DNA of 64,000 nucleotides from Azolla caroliniana (Eukaryota; Plantae; Polypodiophyta), in contig JBHGNT010000004.1 in the NCBI GenBank assembly GCA_043228905.1, forward strand, positions 6,014,001 through 6,078,000, in the 5' to 3' direction. Numbering within the stretch: position 1 is the first letter of the stretch; the number at the start of each line of letters is the position of its first letter. The notes under the pieces are model-generated. The model had not been told where the DNA came from. It saw nothing but the letters and a program-made list of their open reading frames with translations, and did no database searches. Below are positions 37,199 through 49,395 of the stretch, piece after piece. The translations under genes and the position numbers were made by a program.

Positions 37199-38344
37199 AT
37201 GGCTACCATTAACTTAAAAGAATATCTCACCCTTGTTGCAGAAATGGAGAACCTTAAATCCAAGTTCGCATCTCTTGAAGTAGAGAATCAACGTCTACTT
37301 GGGGATCTACAAAAGGTTACTATAGAGAAGCAACAACAACAAGAGGAGTTCACACGACGAGTGCAACAGTTAGAGTCGACAATCGTCGTGTTACAACAAC
37401 AAAGGGTTGAAGGTCAGGGACTTATCAAGGAGCCCAAAATTAGCCTCCCAGCTAAATTTGATGGGTTGAGGGCGCATTTCGGAGGTTTTTTTAATCAAGT
37501 ATGGTTGGTGATTCAAATGCCTCCCGCACGTTATCCAACAGATGCATCACGAGTTGGGCTAGTGGGCGTTTTATTGACTGGCATAGCATTGTCATGGTTT
37601 GCTCCATTGCTAGAGACCAATTCTCCTCTACTGAATAATTTCGAGGAATTTATCAAGGAATTTAAGGCTTGTTTCGGAGATACTGATGGGGCGAGAACAG
37701 CTATCAACAAGATTCGTACACTTCGTCAAGGTGATCAACCAGCTTCGACATATGCTGCCAATTTCCATCTCATCGCAAGCGATATTCCTTGGGATGAACA
37801 AGCCCTAATGGATCAATTCCGTTCAGGCCTTCGTAGTGATGTCAAAGACTTACTTCTTACCTTCCGCGAGGATCCAAGGTCACTTACAAAAGCTATTAGT
37901 CGAGCAATACGGTGTGATAATCGATGTGAGCGACAACAAATAACAAGATCAAGATTCACACCAACTTATGCATCAGTAACGGCGCAATCATCCCCAAGGA
38001 AAATGTATAGCCCTGCTCCAACTCCAAGGCAAACATGTAGTCCAGTCCCAATGGATAGTCTTGCACCCATGGAGATCGATATGACTCAACGACGAGGACC
38101 GTAGTCAGACGAAGAGAAGCAACGTCGTCGAGCAAACCATCTGTGCTTATATTGCGGACGTCCAGGACATATAGCCATTCATTGCTCCCGTAGGCCGAGA
38201 TGTCAGGTAAATCAAATTCACTATGACAATAAAAATGAGTCCAACATTTTAGAAGCAGTTAGTGAATCTAATATTATGAATAATCCACCCTTGTCCAATA
38301 AATTTGAAGTCCTAAGCCAATTAGAAGAGGAGTCAAACGAATAA
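37199..38344 (+). pseudogene. gag with CCHC and one premature TAG at 38102-38104
   Basis: Frame continues after the TAG through CLYCGRPGHIAIHC to TAA at 38342-38344. Confidence 0.88.
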
Positions 38345-41300
38345 GTTCGGCCAAAATAGGAGCCATTTGGTTGGACAACCCTAGATATGTACAATGTAGT
38401 GTGGGTTCCATTTCTTCCAAGCATGTTAGTAGAGTCTTTTCAGCCCTAGTACAAGTTAGGACACCCAGTTGTCAACTTCAAGTCCAAGCCCTCTTAGATA
38501 CTGGAGCCAATTCTTGTTTCATAGATAGAGATTTTGCCCAAAAACACCAAATATCCTTGCATACACTTCCTTGTCCAGTTTCCGTAGTAGTGATTGATGG
38601 ACGCCCCATAGCTTCCGGGAAGATATTTGAAGAGTCTGAGCCAATACACATACTCTTGGGTGATTTAGGATGTGTAGTTTCCTTTAACATAATCCGTAGT
38701 CCTGAGCATCCAATTGTCCTCGGTTTGCCATGGTTCGAGCTACATAACCCTAGAATCGATTGGAGGAAGCAAGAAATTAGGTGCCCTTTAGCAGAAAATA
38801 TCATTGTCAAGGATCGAACTCGGGATTATCCTCCCAAAGTATATAGTTCTACCGATGCACCATATCCTTCTCATCAAATTTCAGCCATCACATTGCAACA
38901 ATTGCGCCAAGTGGGAGGCAAGGAGGACCTTTTCTTATTTGTAGTATCAATGACACCTTCTAGTGTCACTCAAGGGAATTTAGACATCCAAATTCCCAAA
39001 AAATATCAAGACTATGCGGATGTTTTCGACAAAGTCAAAGCTAGTGTTCTTCCAAAGCATCGGCCGTACGACTGTCCTATTGATCTCCAACCAAGAAAAG
39101 AGCAATCGTGGGGTCCGATTTACAATTTATCACCCACTAAGCTTGAGGTTCTTCGAGAATACATCGAGGAAAATCTTGCACATGGGTTTATTCGACATTC
39201 AAAGTCTCCAGCTGGTGCTCCTATCTTTTTTGTGAAGAAAAAGGACGGCTCCCTTCGTTTGGTCGTGGACTATCGAGGCTTAAATAAAGTCACCATAAGG
39301 AATAGGTATGCTTTACCTTTAATCTCCAATCTCTTAGAACGCATTGGTGGGGCAAAGCATTTTACCAAATTTGATCTAAGGGGTGCATATAATCTTGTTC
39401 GAATTCGTCCGAGAGATGAGTGGAAAACAGCATTTCGTACTCGGTATGGTCATTTCGAGTATACAATCATGCCTTTCGGGCTCACAAATGCACCTGCAGT
39501 ATTCCAACATATGGCAAATGACATCTTCCAGGATTTCTTGGATATTTTTCTAATCATCTACCTAGATGATCTATTGATTTACTCTAAAACACAAGGGGAG
39601 CATGATATACATCTGCGGCAAGTACTTGAACGCCTAAGGAAGTATGGTCTTTATGCCAAACTTGAGAAATGAAGTTTTGATTGCAAATAAGTCGAATTTT
39701 TGGGATACACTATTTCATCCCAAGGTGTTTTCATGGACCCGGCAAAAGTCCAAACAATATTGGAATGGAAACCCCCATGCTCAGTTCGGGATGTCCAGTG
39801 TTTCCTCGGATTTGCGAACTTCTATCGCAAATTCATACATAATTATTCAAGCATTGTGTTGCCCCTTACTCAACTCACCAAGAAAAATCAAGCATTTTTT
39901 TGGAGTATCGAAGCGGACAAGGCTTTTACGCAACTGAAAGAGGCATTCACATAAGCACCCATCCTAGCACATATTGATCCTGAAAAGCCATTTACTATTG
40001 AGGCGGATGCATCAGACTTTGCATTGGGGAGTATCCTATCGCAACTAGGCGAGGACGGGCAGACACATCCAGTCGCGTTTCACTAGAGAAAATTTACTGT
40101 TTCGGAGATAAACTATGAGGTGCATGACAAGGAGTTACTAGCTGTGGTCGACTCATTCGAGCAATGGCGTCATTTTCTAGAAGGATCACCTCATCAGATT
40201 ATCATTTATAGTTATCACAAAAATCTCACATATTTTCAAACAACTTGAGTATTAAATAGACGACAAGCTCGGTGGGCCCAATTTCTGACACATTTCGATT
40301 TCAAGATCATTTTTCGCCCCGGAAAACAACAAGGGAAAGCAAATGCTCTGTCTCGGCGTTCGTATCTAGCACTTCGACCTGGAGATCCGACCTTTGACAA
40401 TCAAAAGCAAACTCTCCTCGGGCCATCAAAGCTACAGGTAACAACAATTTATGCCACGCCACTTGATTCTACCCTTCTTGACACTATTCAGCAACAACTT
40501 CATTCGGATGATTTTGCTAAGGATGTCTTAGCCCACTGTGGTTCAAGTCGTCCATCTTGCTCCACATTGCCAGGGTCATCTCAACATTATCAGGACTTCA
40601 AGTGGCAGGATGGCTTACTCTTCTACAAGAATCTCCTTTACGTACCCGACGGATCACCCCGACTTCAAGTGTTGGAACATTGTCATGATGCCCCCATGGC
40701 TGGACATTTTGGTATTTCCAAGACCATTGAGCATGAAGTGTTTCGCCATCATGGTCTCCCGAATGATATTATTAGCGATCGAGGTCCTCAATTTATCTCA
40801 CACTTTTGGAAGCACCTATGGGCAGGTCTCAAAATCTCTTGCAAACTCTCTTTAGCTTATCATCCACAAATTGACGGACAAACAGAGCGCACAAATCAAA
40901 CGCTCGAGCAATATCTTCGATGTTTCATTAGTTATCAACAAGATGATTGGAGTAATATTTTACATCTTGCTGAGTTTGCCTACAACAACACGGTCCACTC
41001 TTCTACCAAAGTTACACCTTTCTTTGCCTACACCGGCAACCACCCTCGATGGTGTATACTGGATCTTCCCGAGGTGTCACGAAACCCTAGTGCGGCGCAT
41101 CACCTCCACCGACTACAACAAATCCAGTTCAAGTTATCGTCACATCTTCAGAAAGCGCAAGCACACCATAAGACCAATGCCAATCGACATCGTCTTAAGT
41201 CTCCGTTTAAGGTTGGTGACCGTGTATGGTTGCTTCGTCGTCACATCAAGACTACCCGACCGTGTGCTAAGCTTGACTATCAATGCTTAGGTCCTTTTGT

Positions 41301-41703
41301 CATCACGGCGTAGATTAATGATGCAACATTTCGTCTTAACCTTCCTACACATATGCGGCTTCACCCTGTCTTTCATAACTCTCTTTTGGAACCTTGCCGC
41401 ACCTCTTTAATTCCTAATCATGTTGTGCCACCACCGCCTTCTGTACAACTTGTGGACGGCCCCGAATACGAGGTAGCTGCTATTCTTGATTCTAAGATTG
41501 TGCGCAATAAACTTTATTGTCTAGTTGATTGGCTTGGTTATCCTCCGAGTGATCGCACTTGGGAACCCATCAATAACGTGTGTAATGCTGAAGCTCTGGT
41601 CAACGACTTCCATCGTCACTATCCAAACAAGCCCGGCCCAACAATGTTAACACCGACTTCCACTCGGCGTTCTCGAAGGAGGGATAGTGTAATGAACACA
41701 TGA
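38335..41703 (+). pseudogene. pol (protease, RT, RNase H, integrase, chromodomain) with multiple stops and an integrase deletion
   Basis: ORFs 38371-39672, 39700-39954, 40567-41313, 41353-41703. Confidence 0.9.
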
Positions 41704-44700
41704 CCATTATGGCGTCACCCGGACTTGAACCTCGAACCTTCTAATCCATACTTGAAAACCTCAACCATGAAGATAGCTTATTGTTATATGAAACAATAAA
41801 AGCTACTTTTTGTATTACATTGATTATTGTAAAAACTCTAGATTATTCTAGAATGTCCTAGAGCATTCTAGGTCTTGAACATTCTAGAACATTCTAGAAA
41901 TCTCTAAGCTATTCTATAGGAACCTATAAATAAGGGCATACATGTATTCTGAAATCAATTCGAATCAACACAATTCTTTAGCTCTCATTACATATCTTGT
42001 ATCCATTCTCTTTCTTTCTCTATCTTATACATCCATTCTTCTCTTAGTATTTGGTTCCTTTCTTCTCGTGTTCTCTAATATCCTTCTTCCATCACTATAT
42101 CTTTTATCCTTGGTTCTAACAAATTGCACAATGCGTTATGGGCTTACCACACTACGGTTAAGACCAGCATCAATTCCATGCCTTTTCGGTTGTCATTCGG
42201 ATTAGAAGTTGTACTGTTGATCGAATTTCAGGTTCCGAGCTTACGCGTTCTGATTTTGGAAAGACTCCCCGAAACCAAGTCCGAACAAAAAAAACTTCAA
42301 TAACTACACGAACTCGGAGAAGTTCGGTTGGCCAGTCTAAGCCAGCTTGAGCAAGGTCAACACCGACGGAAAGAGTTTGTCAATCAAAACCAGAAAGGAA
42401 ACGAGCAATTATTCGAAATCGGCAAGGCAGTCCTCGTTTTCCAAACTCAACTCGGCTTGATGCCAGGAAAGCTCCGGTTTCGATGGACGGGTTCTTTCTG
42501 GATTATCGATGAGTTTAACAGAACTTTTTAACTCAGCACATTAGTAGGAGAAATTATGCCGAAATGGGTCAATGGCTTGCGATTGAAGCCATACATCGGA
42601 CATACACCGCCCAACCCCTTTCTTGACAAAACGCACGACGGTCGGCTCGAGGAAGGTGACACGCTAGCTCATAGGGGCACTTCACCCCAATTACGATAAC
42701 TACCCCACCTACCCGAGTATGTATATTAAATGTATATTAGGTGTGCCTACATGGAAAAGAAAAGAAAAACCCACCAAGTTATTATTTAAAGAGCATTCAT
42801 GCAGAGCGAGAAAAGCAAGTACAAACCGTTCCCAACACGTGGCATTAAACCCTAATAATGGTAGACAAGATTCTAAATCTAGGGCACAAGGCCATGGCTC
42901 GGGAAACAAAGCATACACAAAAAGAGGCACACCACATGCAACGAACCCATTGGCGCATAGAAGCACAAAACTCTCACGTCTTCTCTCTCAGCCCTTCGCC
43001 TTCTTGAATCTTTGCACAAAGCCATCCATCTCCACTCTCTCCCCGAACTATAGTCACCACCATGCCGATCGAGGTATCCATGGAGGTCCGCACCTGGTTG
43101 GGCAGGCACGGCCTAGGAGGATACCTCAAGGTTGCCGATGCACTGCCTCACCCAGAAGCACAAGAAATCAGCCTGCATTTACACCTGGATACTATCACCA
43201 ATGATAAGATTCGGTCGGTATTAGGCCTCAACTAGGGCGGGCACCAAGACATCGAGGTTCTGCCCCAACATGTCCTTGAGGCACATTTCGGGGAGTAATC
43301 CATCTCGGCGAAGGCCTGTCGCACACAGTGCGGACATAATGAGTTCTTCGAAGACCTGTCCAAGTTTCTCTTTGAAATCGCCTGTGTCCACGCCAACACC
43401 TACGGCATGACGAAGAAGAAGGCCAGAATCATCATCATCGCCCACATAGGCAATAGACTCGATTGGGAATCCTTCACAAGGGAGGGTATCCGCGTCGGCC
43501 TTGCAAAGTAAGAAAGAAGTTAATTCCTGCCTTAGCACGCTACTTGTTTATGCTGTACCCACCCCATTCCATTACCGCTCTCAAGTTTGCACCCATGTCT
43601 GAAGAGCATGTGGATAGGGCAATGGTGCTACTACCATTACAATGTTTTGATTTGTACATCACAAATATACTAAATGAGTCATATTTACATATACTATTTT
43701 AATAATGGGTTTGTTAAGAATGGGGTGAGAGAATGTCGAACTCCGGACCCAAGGATTTCTCCATGCTATGAGACCTACACGCTCGCCAACTACGCCACCA
43801 ACCCATTGATGATTGTGATTTCATCTTACTTGATAGAAACTAATTGTATGATATAAGTGTTTCAACATAAACAAGAGGAGTGTATCAAACTATATTTGAG
43901 ATTCAGAGTTTTACTATCCTATAAATGTTTTAATTTCTTTACCACGACAATTTGAAATGAGGAATTTAAAAAAGAAGAAGTAGTTTAATGGGTTTGTTAA
44001 AGGTATAGAACTGTATAATACTATTTGTCAAAAGAATTTCTACTATCATGTGAATGTTTTGCATTGTTCATCACAGAAATTCTAAATGAGCCATCTCCCA
44101 CATAAGAGGTGGTTTAACGGGTTTATTATGAACGGGGAGAGATGGCTTAAATTCTCAACCTTAGTATTTGTCGAAGCTATGAGACGTACACCCTAACAAA
44201 AAGTACAACCACCCAATTCATGAGTGTCATTTGTATTGTCATGTAAATGTTAAGAATAGGATTGGTCAATATGGTTGATCGACTTCTCCCAATAGGAAGC
44301 CAAAATACATAACCATAATGAGAATGGGGTGAGAAAGGCTCAAACTCTCAACCTCAACATATCTCGAAGCTATGAGACCTACACGCTAGCCAACTACGCC
44401 ACCACCCCAAGGATGAGTCCATTTTCTATATAGTGTAAATGTCATCATTTATTCATCATACTAATTCGGAATGACTAATCTAAAAAAGAGGACTTAATTT
44501 AATGAGTTTTGTTAAGTAGGATTAAAGCATATGAAACTTTTTCAAAACAACTTCTACTACCATGACAATGTTTTTATTTACATATCACAAATATACTAGA
44601 TGAGTCATCATTTTAATAGGATAGAAGTGTATGAAACAGCTTTCGAAATAATTTCTATTACCATGTGAAGGTTTTGATTTGTTCATCACAAAAATTATAA

Positions 44701-44753
44701 ACGAGTCATCTTTACATAGAGAAGACGTAGTTTAATAATGGGTTTCTTTATAG

Positions 44754-44837
44754 TGGGGTGAGAGAGTCTCGAACTCTCGACCTCAGGATTTCTCGAAGCT
44801 ATGAAACCTACGCACTAGCCAACTGCGCCACCACCCC
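44754..44837 (-). tRNA. tRNA-Met(CAU), elongator type with 10-nt intron; near-intact and possibly functional
   Basis: GGGGTGGTGGCGCAGTTGGCTAGTGCGTAGGTTTCATA-gcttcgagaa-ATCCTGAGGTCGAGAGTTCGAGACTCTCTCACCCCA; changes are a D-stem G-U wobble and U32. Confidence 0.7.
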
Positions 44838-46038
44838 AATGACAATTTCACTTTCTATATAATGTAAACGTGTTGATTTATTCATCACACAAATAATGTA
44901 AACGTGTTGATCTATATAATGTAAACGTATCGATTTATTCAAAGCAGCTTCTGCTACCATAAGAATGTTTTCATTTGTATAACACAAATATACAAAATGA
45001 GTCCTATTTACAGTTTAATAGTGAGTTTGTTAAGAATGGGGTGAGAGAATGTCGAACTCCTGACCTAAGGATTTTTCAACGCTATGAGACCTAGACGCTC
45101 GCCAACTACGCCACCAACCCATTGATGACTGTGATTTCATCTTACTTGATACAAACTAATTGTATGATAAGAGGAGTGTATGAAACTATTTTTGAGATTC
45201 AGAGTTTTACTATGCTATAAATGTTTTAATTTCTTTCCCACAACAATTCAAAGTAAGGAATTTAAAGAAGAAGACGTAGTTCAATGGGTTTGCTAAAGGT
45301 ATAGAACTGTATAATACTATTTTTCAAAAGAATTTCGACTATCATGTGAATGTTTTGCATTGTTCATCACAAAAATTCTAAATGAGCCATTTCCCACAGA
45401 AGAGGTGGTTTAACAGGTTTATTATGAACGGGGAGAGCGGGTTTAAAAGTATTTGTCGAAGCTATGAGACCTACGCGCTAACAAAAAGTACAACTGTCCA
45501 ATTCATGAATGTCATTTCTACTATCATGTTAATGTTACGAATAGATTTGGTCAATATGGTTGACTGACTTCTCCCAATTGGAAGCTAAATTACTTAACCT
45601 TATTGAGAATGAGGTGAGAGAGGCTCAAACTCTCGACCTCAGCATATCTCGAAGCTATGAGACCTACGCGCCACCCAATTATGCCACCACTCCAATGATG
45701 AGTGCACTTTCTATATAGCGTAAATGTGTTCATTTATTCATCACACTAATTCGGAAGGACTAATCCAAAAAACAGGGCGTAATTTAATGAGTTTTGTTAA
45801 GTAGTATTAAAGCATATGAAACCTTTTCAAAACAACTTCTACTACCATGACAATGTTTTTATTTGCATATCACAAATATACTAAATGAGTCATCATATCA
45901 ATATGATAAAAGTGTATGAAACTTTGTTCGAAATAATTTCTACTACCATGTGAAGGTTTTGATTTGTTCATCACAAAAATTATAAACGAGTCATCTTTAC
46001 ATAGAGAAGACATAGTTTAATAATGGGTTTCTTAATAG

Positions 46039-46122
46039 TGGGGTGAGAGAGTCTCGAACTCTCGACCTCAAGATTTCTCAAAGCTATGAGACCTACGCGC
46101 TAGCCAACTGCGCCACCACCCC
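46039..46122 (-). tRNA. tRNA-Met(CAU) with intron, near-intact (anticodon-stem wobble)
   Basis: A box, B box, CAT anticodon and acceptor stem intact; ATCTTG in place of ATCCTG. Confidence 0.6.
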
Positions 46123-49100
46123 AATGACAATTGCACTTTCTATATAATTCAATGTGTTGATTTATTTATCACACAAATCATGTAAACGTATTGATCTATA
46201 TAATGTAAACGTATCGATTCATTCAAAGCAACTTCTGCTACCATAAGAATATTTTGATTTGTATAACACAAATATACTAAATGACTCCTATTTACATACA
46301 TCAGTTTAATATTGAGTTTGTTAAGAATGGGGTGAGAGAATGTCGAACTCATGACCTAAGGATTTCTGAACGCTATGAGACCTACACGCTCGCCAACTTT
46401 GCCACCAACCCTGTAAACATATCGATTCATTCAAAGCAACTTCTGCTACCATAAGAATATTTTGATTTGTATAACACAAATATACTAAATGACTCCTATT
46501 TACATACATCAGTTTAATATTGAGTTTGTTAAGAATGCGGTGAGAGAATATCGAACTCGTTACCTAAGGATTTCTCAACACTATGAGACCTAAACGCTCG
46601 CCAACATTGCCACCAACCCATTGATGAGTGTGATTTCATCTTACTTGACAGGAACTAAGTGTATGATATAAGTGTTTTAACATAAACAAGAGGAGTGTAT
46701 GAAACTATTTTTGAGATTTAGAGTTTTACTATCCTCTAAATGTTTTAATTTCTTTACGACGACAATTCGAAATGAGGAATTTAAAAAAGAAGACGTACTT
46801 TAATAGGTTTGTTAAGTGGTATAGAACTGTAAAATACTATTTTTCAAAAGAATTTCTACTATCATGTGAATGTTTTGCATTGTTCATCACAGAAATTCTA
46901 AACGAGCCATCTAACACAGAACATGTGGTTTAATGGGTTTATCATGAACCGGGAGAGCGGGTTTAAATTCTCAACCTTAGTATTTCTCGAAGCTATGAGA
47001 CCTACGCCCTACCAAAAAGTACAACCACCCAATTCATGAGTGTCATTTGTACTATGATGTAAATGTTAAGAATAGGATTGGTTAATATGATTGACTAACT
47101 TCTCCCAATAGGAAGGTAAAATACTTAAACTTATTGAGAATGGGATGAGAGAGACTCAAACTCTCAACCTCAGAATATCTCTGAGCTATGAGACCTACGC
47201 ACTAGCCAAGTACACCACAACCCCAGTGATGAGTGCACTTTCAATATAGTGTAAATGTGTTCATTTATTTATCAAACTAATTCGGAATCACTTATCGAAA
47301 AAAGAGGACGTAATTTAATGAGTTTTGTTAAGTAGGATTAAAGCATATGAAACTTTTTCACAACAAATTCTACTACCATGAGAATGTTTTTGTATATCAC
47401 AAATATACTAAATGAGTCATCATTTCAATAGGATAGAAGTGTATGAAACAGCTTTCGAAATAATTTCTATAACCATGTGAAGGTTTTGATTTGTTCATCA
47501 CAAAAATTATAAGTGATTCATCTTTACATAGAGAAGACATACTTTATTAACGGGTTTCTTAATAGTGGGCTGAGAGAGTTTCGAACTCTCGACCTCATGA
47601 TTTCTCAAAGCTATGAGACCTACGTGCTAGCCAAATACACCACCACCCGAGTGATGAGTGTAGTTTCTATATACTATAAATGTGTTCATTTATTCATTAT
47701 ACTTATTCGGAATGACTAATCTAAAAAAGAGGACGTAATTTAATGAGTTTTGTTATCTAGGATTAAAGCATATGAAACTTTTTCAAAACAACTTCTACTA
47801 CCATGAGAATGTTTTTATTTGTATATCACAAATATACTAAATGAGTCATCATTTCAATAGTATAGAATTGTATGAAATTATTTTCAAAACAATTTCTACT
47901 ACCATGTGAAGGTTTTGATTTGTTCATCACAAAAATTATAAACGAGTCATCTTTACATAGAGAAGACGTAGTTTATTAATGGGTTTCTTAATAGTGGGGT
48001 TAGAGAGTCTCGAACTCTCGACCTCATGATTTCTAGAAGCTATAAGACCTACGCGCTAGGCAACTGCGCCACCACCCCAATGACGATTTCACTTTCTATA
48101 TAATGTAAACGTGTTGATTTATACATCACATAAATAATGTAAACGTGTTGATCTATATAATGTAAACGTATCGATTGATTCAAAGCAGCTTCTGGTACCA
48201 TAAGAATGTTTTGATTTGTATAACACAAATATACTAAATGAGTCCTATTTGCATATATCAGTTTAATAGTGAGTTTGTTAAGAATGGGGTGAGGGAATGT
48301 CGAACTCCTGACCTAAGGATTTCTCAACGCTATGAGACATACACGCTTGCCAACTACGCCACCAACCCATTGATGAGTGCGATTTCATCTTACTTGACAG
48401 GAACTAATTGTATGATATAAGTGTTTCAACATAAACAAGAGTAGTGTATCAAACTATTTTTGAGATTCAGAGTGTTACTATCCTATAAATGTTTTAATTT
48501 CTTCACCACGAGAATTCGAAATGAGCAATTTAAAAAAGAAGATGTAGTTTAATGGGTTTGTTAAGTGGTGGTATAGAACTATATAATACTATTTTTCAAA
48601 AAGAATTTCTACTATCATGTGAAATTTTTGCATTGTTCATCACAAAAGTTCTAAATGAGCTATCTAACACAGAAGAGGTGGTTTAATGGGTTGATTATGA
48701 ACGGGGAGAGCGGGTTTAAATTCTCAACCTTAGTATTTGTCGAAGCTATGAGACCTATGAGCTAACCAAAAGTACCACCACCCCATTCATGAGTGTCATT
48801 TATACTATCATGTAAATGTTAAGAATAGGATTGGTCAATATGGTCAACCGACTTCTCCCAATAGGAAGCTAAAATACCTAACCTTAATGAGAATGGGGTG
48901 AGAGAGGCTCGACCTAAGTATATCTCGAAGCTATGAGACGTACGCGCTAGCCAACTACGCCACCACCCCAATGATGAGTACACTTTCTATATAATGTAAA
49001 TGTGCTCATTTATTCATCACACAAATTCGGAATTACTAATCTAAAAAAGAGGATGTAATTTAATGAGTTTTGTTAAGTAGGATTAAAGCGTATGAAAAAT

Positions 49101-49311
49101 TTTCAAAACTTCTACTACCATGAGTATGTCTTTATTTGTATATCACAAATATACTAAATGAGTCATCGTTTCAATAGGATAGAAGTGTATGAACCTATTT
49201 TCGAAATAATTTCTAGTACCATGTGAAGGTTTTTATTTGTTCATCACAAAAATTCTAAACGAGTCATCTTTACATAGAGAAGACGTAGTTTAGTAATGGG
49301 TTTCTTAAGAG

Positions 49312-49395
49312 TGGGGTGAGAGAGTCTCGAACTCTCGACCTCAGGATTTCTCAAAGCTATGAGACCTACAAGCTAGCCAACTGCGCCACCACCCC
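49312..49395 (-). pseudogene. tRNA-Met(CAU) with intron, D-stem mutated
   Basis: Matches the satellite consensus exons except GCTT for GCGC in the D stem. Confidence 0.75.

Larger units (their letters stand above)
36924..42121 (+). mobile_element. Chromoviral (Tcn1/Tf1-like) gypsy with 5'-truncated 5' LTR
   Basis: Partial LTR 36924-37114, full LTR 41688-42121, PPT GAAGGAGGGATAG; gag, protease (LDTGAN), RT (YLDD), integrase, chromodomain. Confidence 0.93.
31236..43627 (+). mobile_element. LTR-less internal fragment of a non-chromoviral gypsy (RNase H, integrase, extra ORF) hosting three insertions
   Basis: DFVTPLH at the left edge, FVDASDVAIG (31875), WGLDFVD (36740), KLRFRWTG (42328), extra ORF from ~43072; satellite on both sides. 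Confidence 0.85.
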
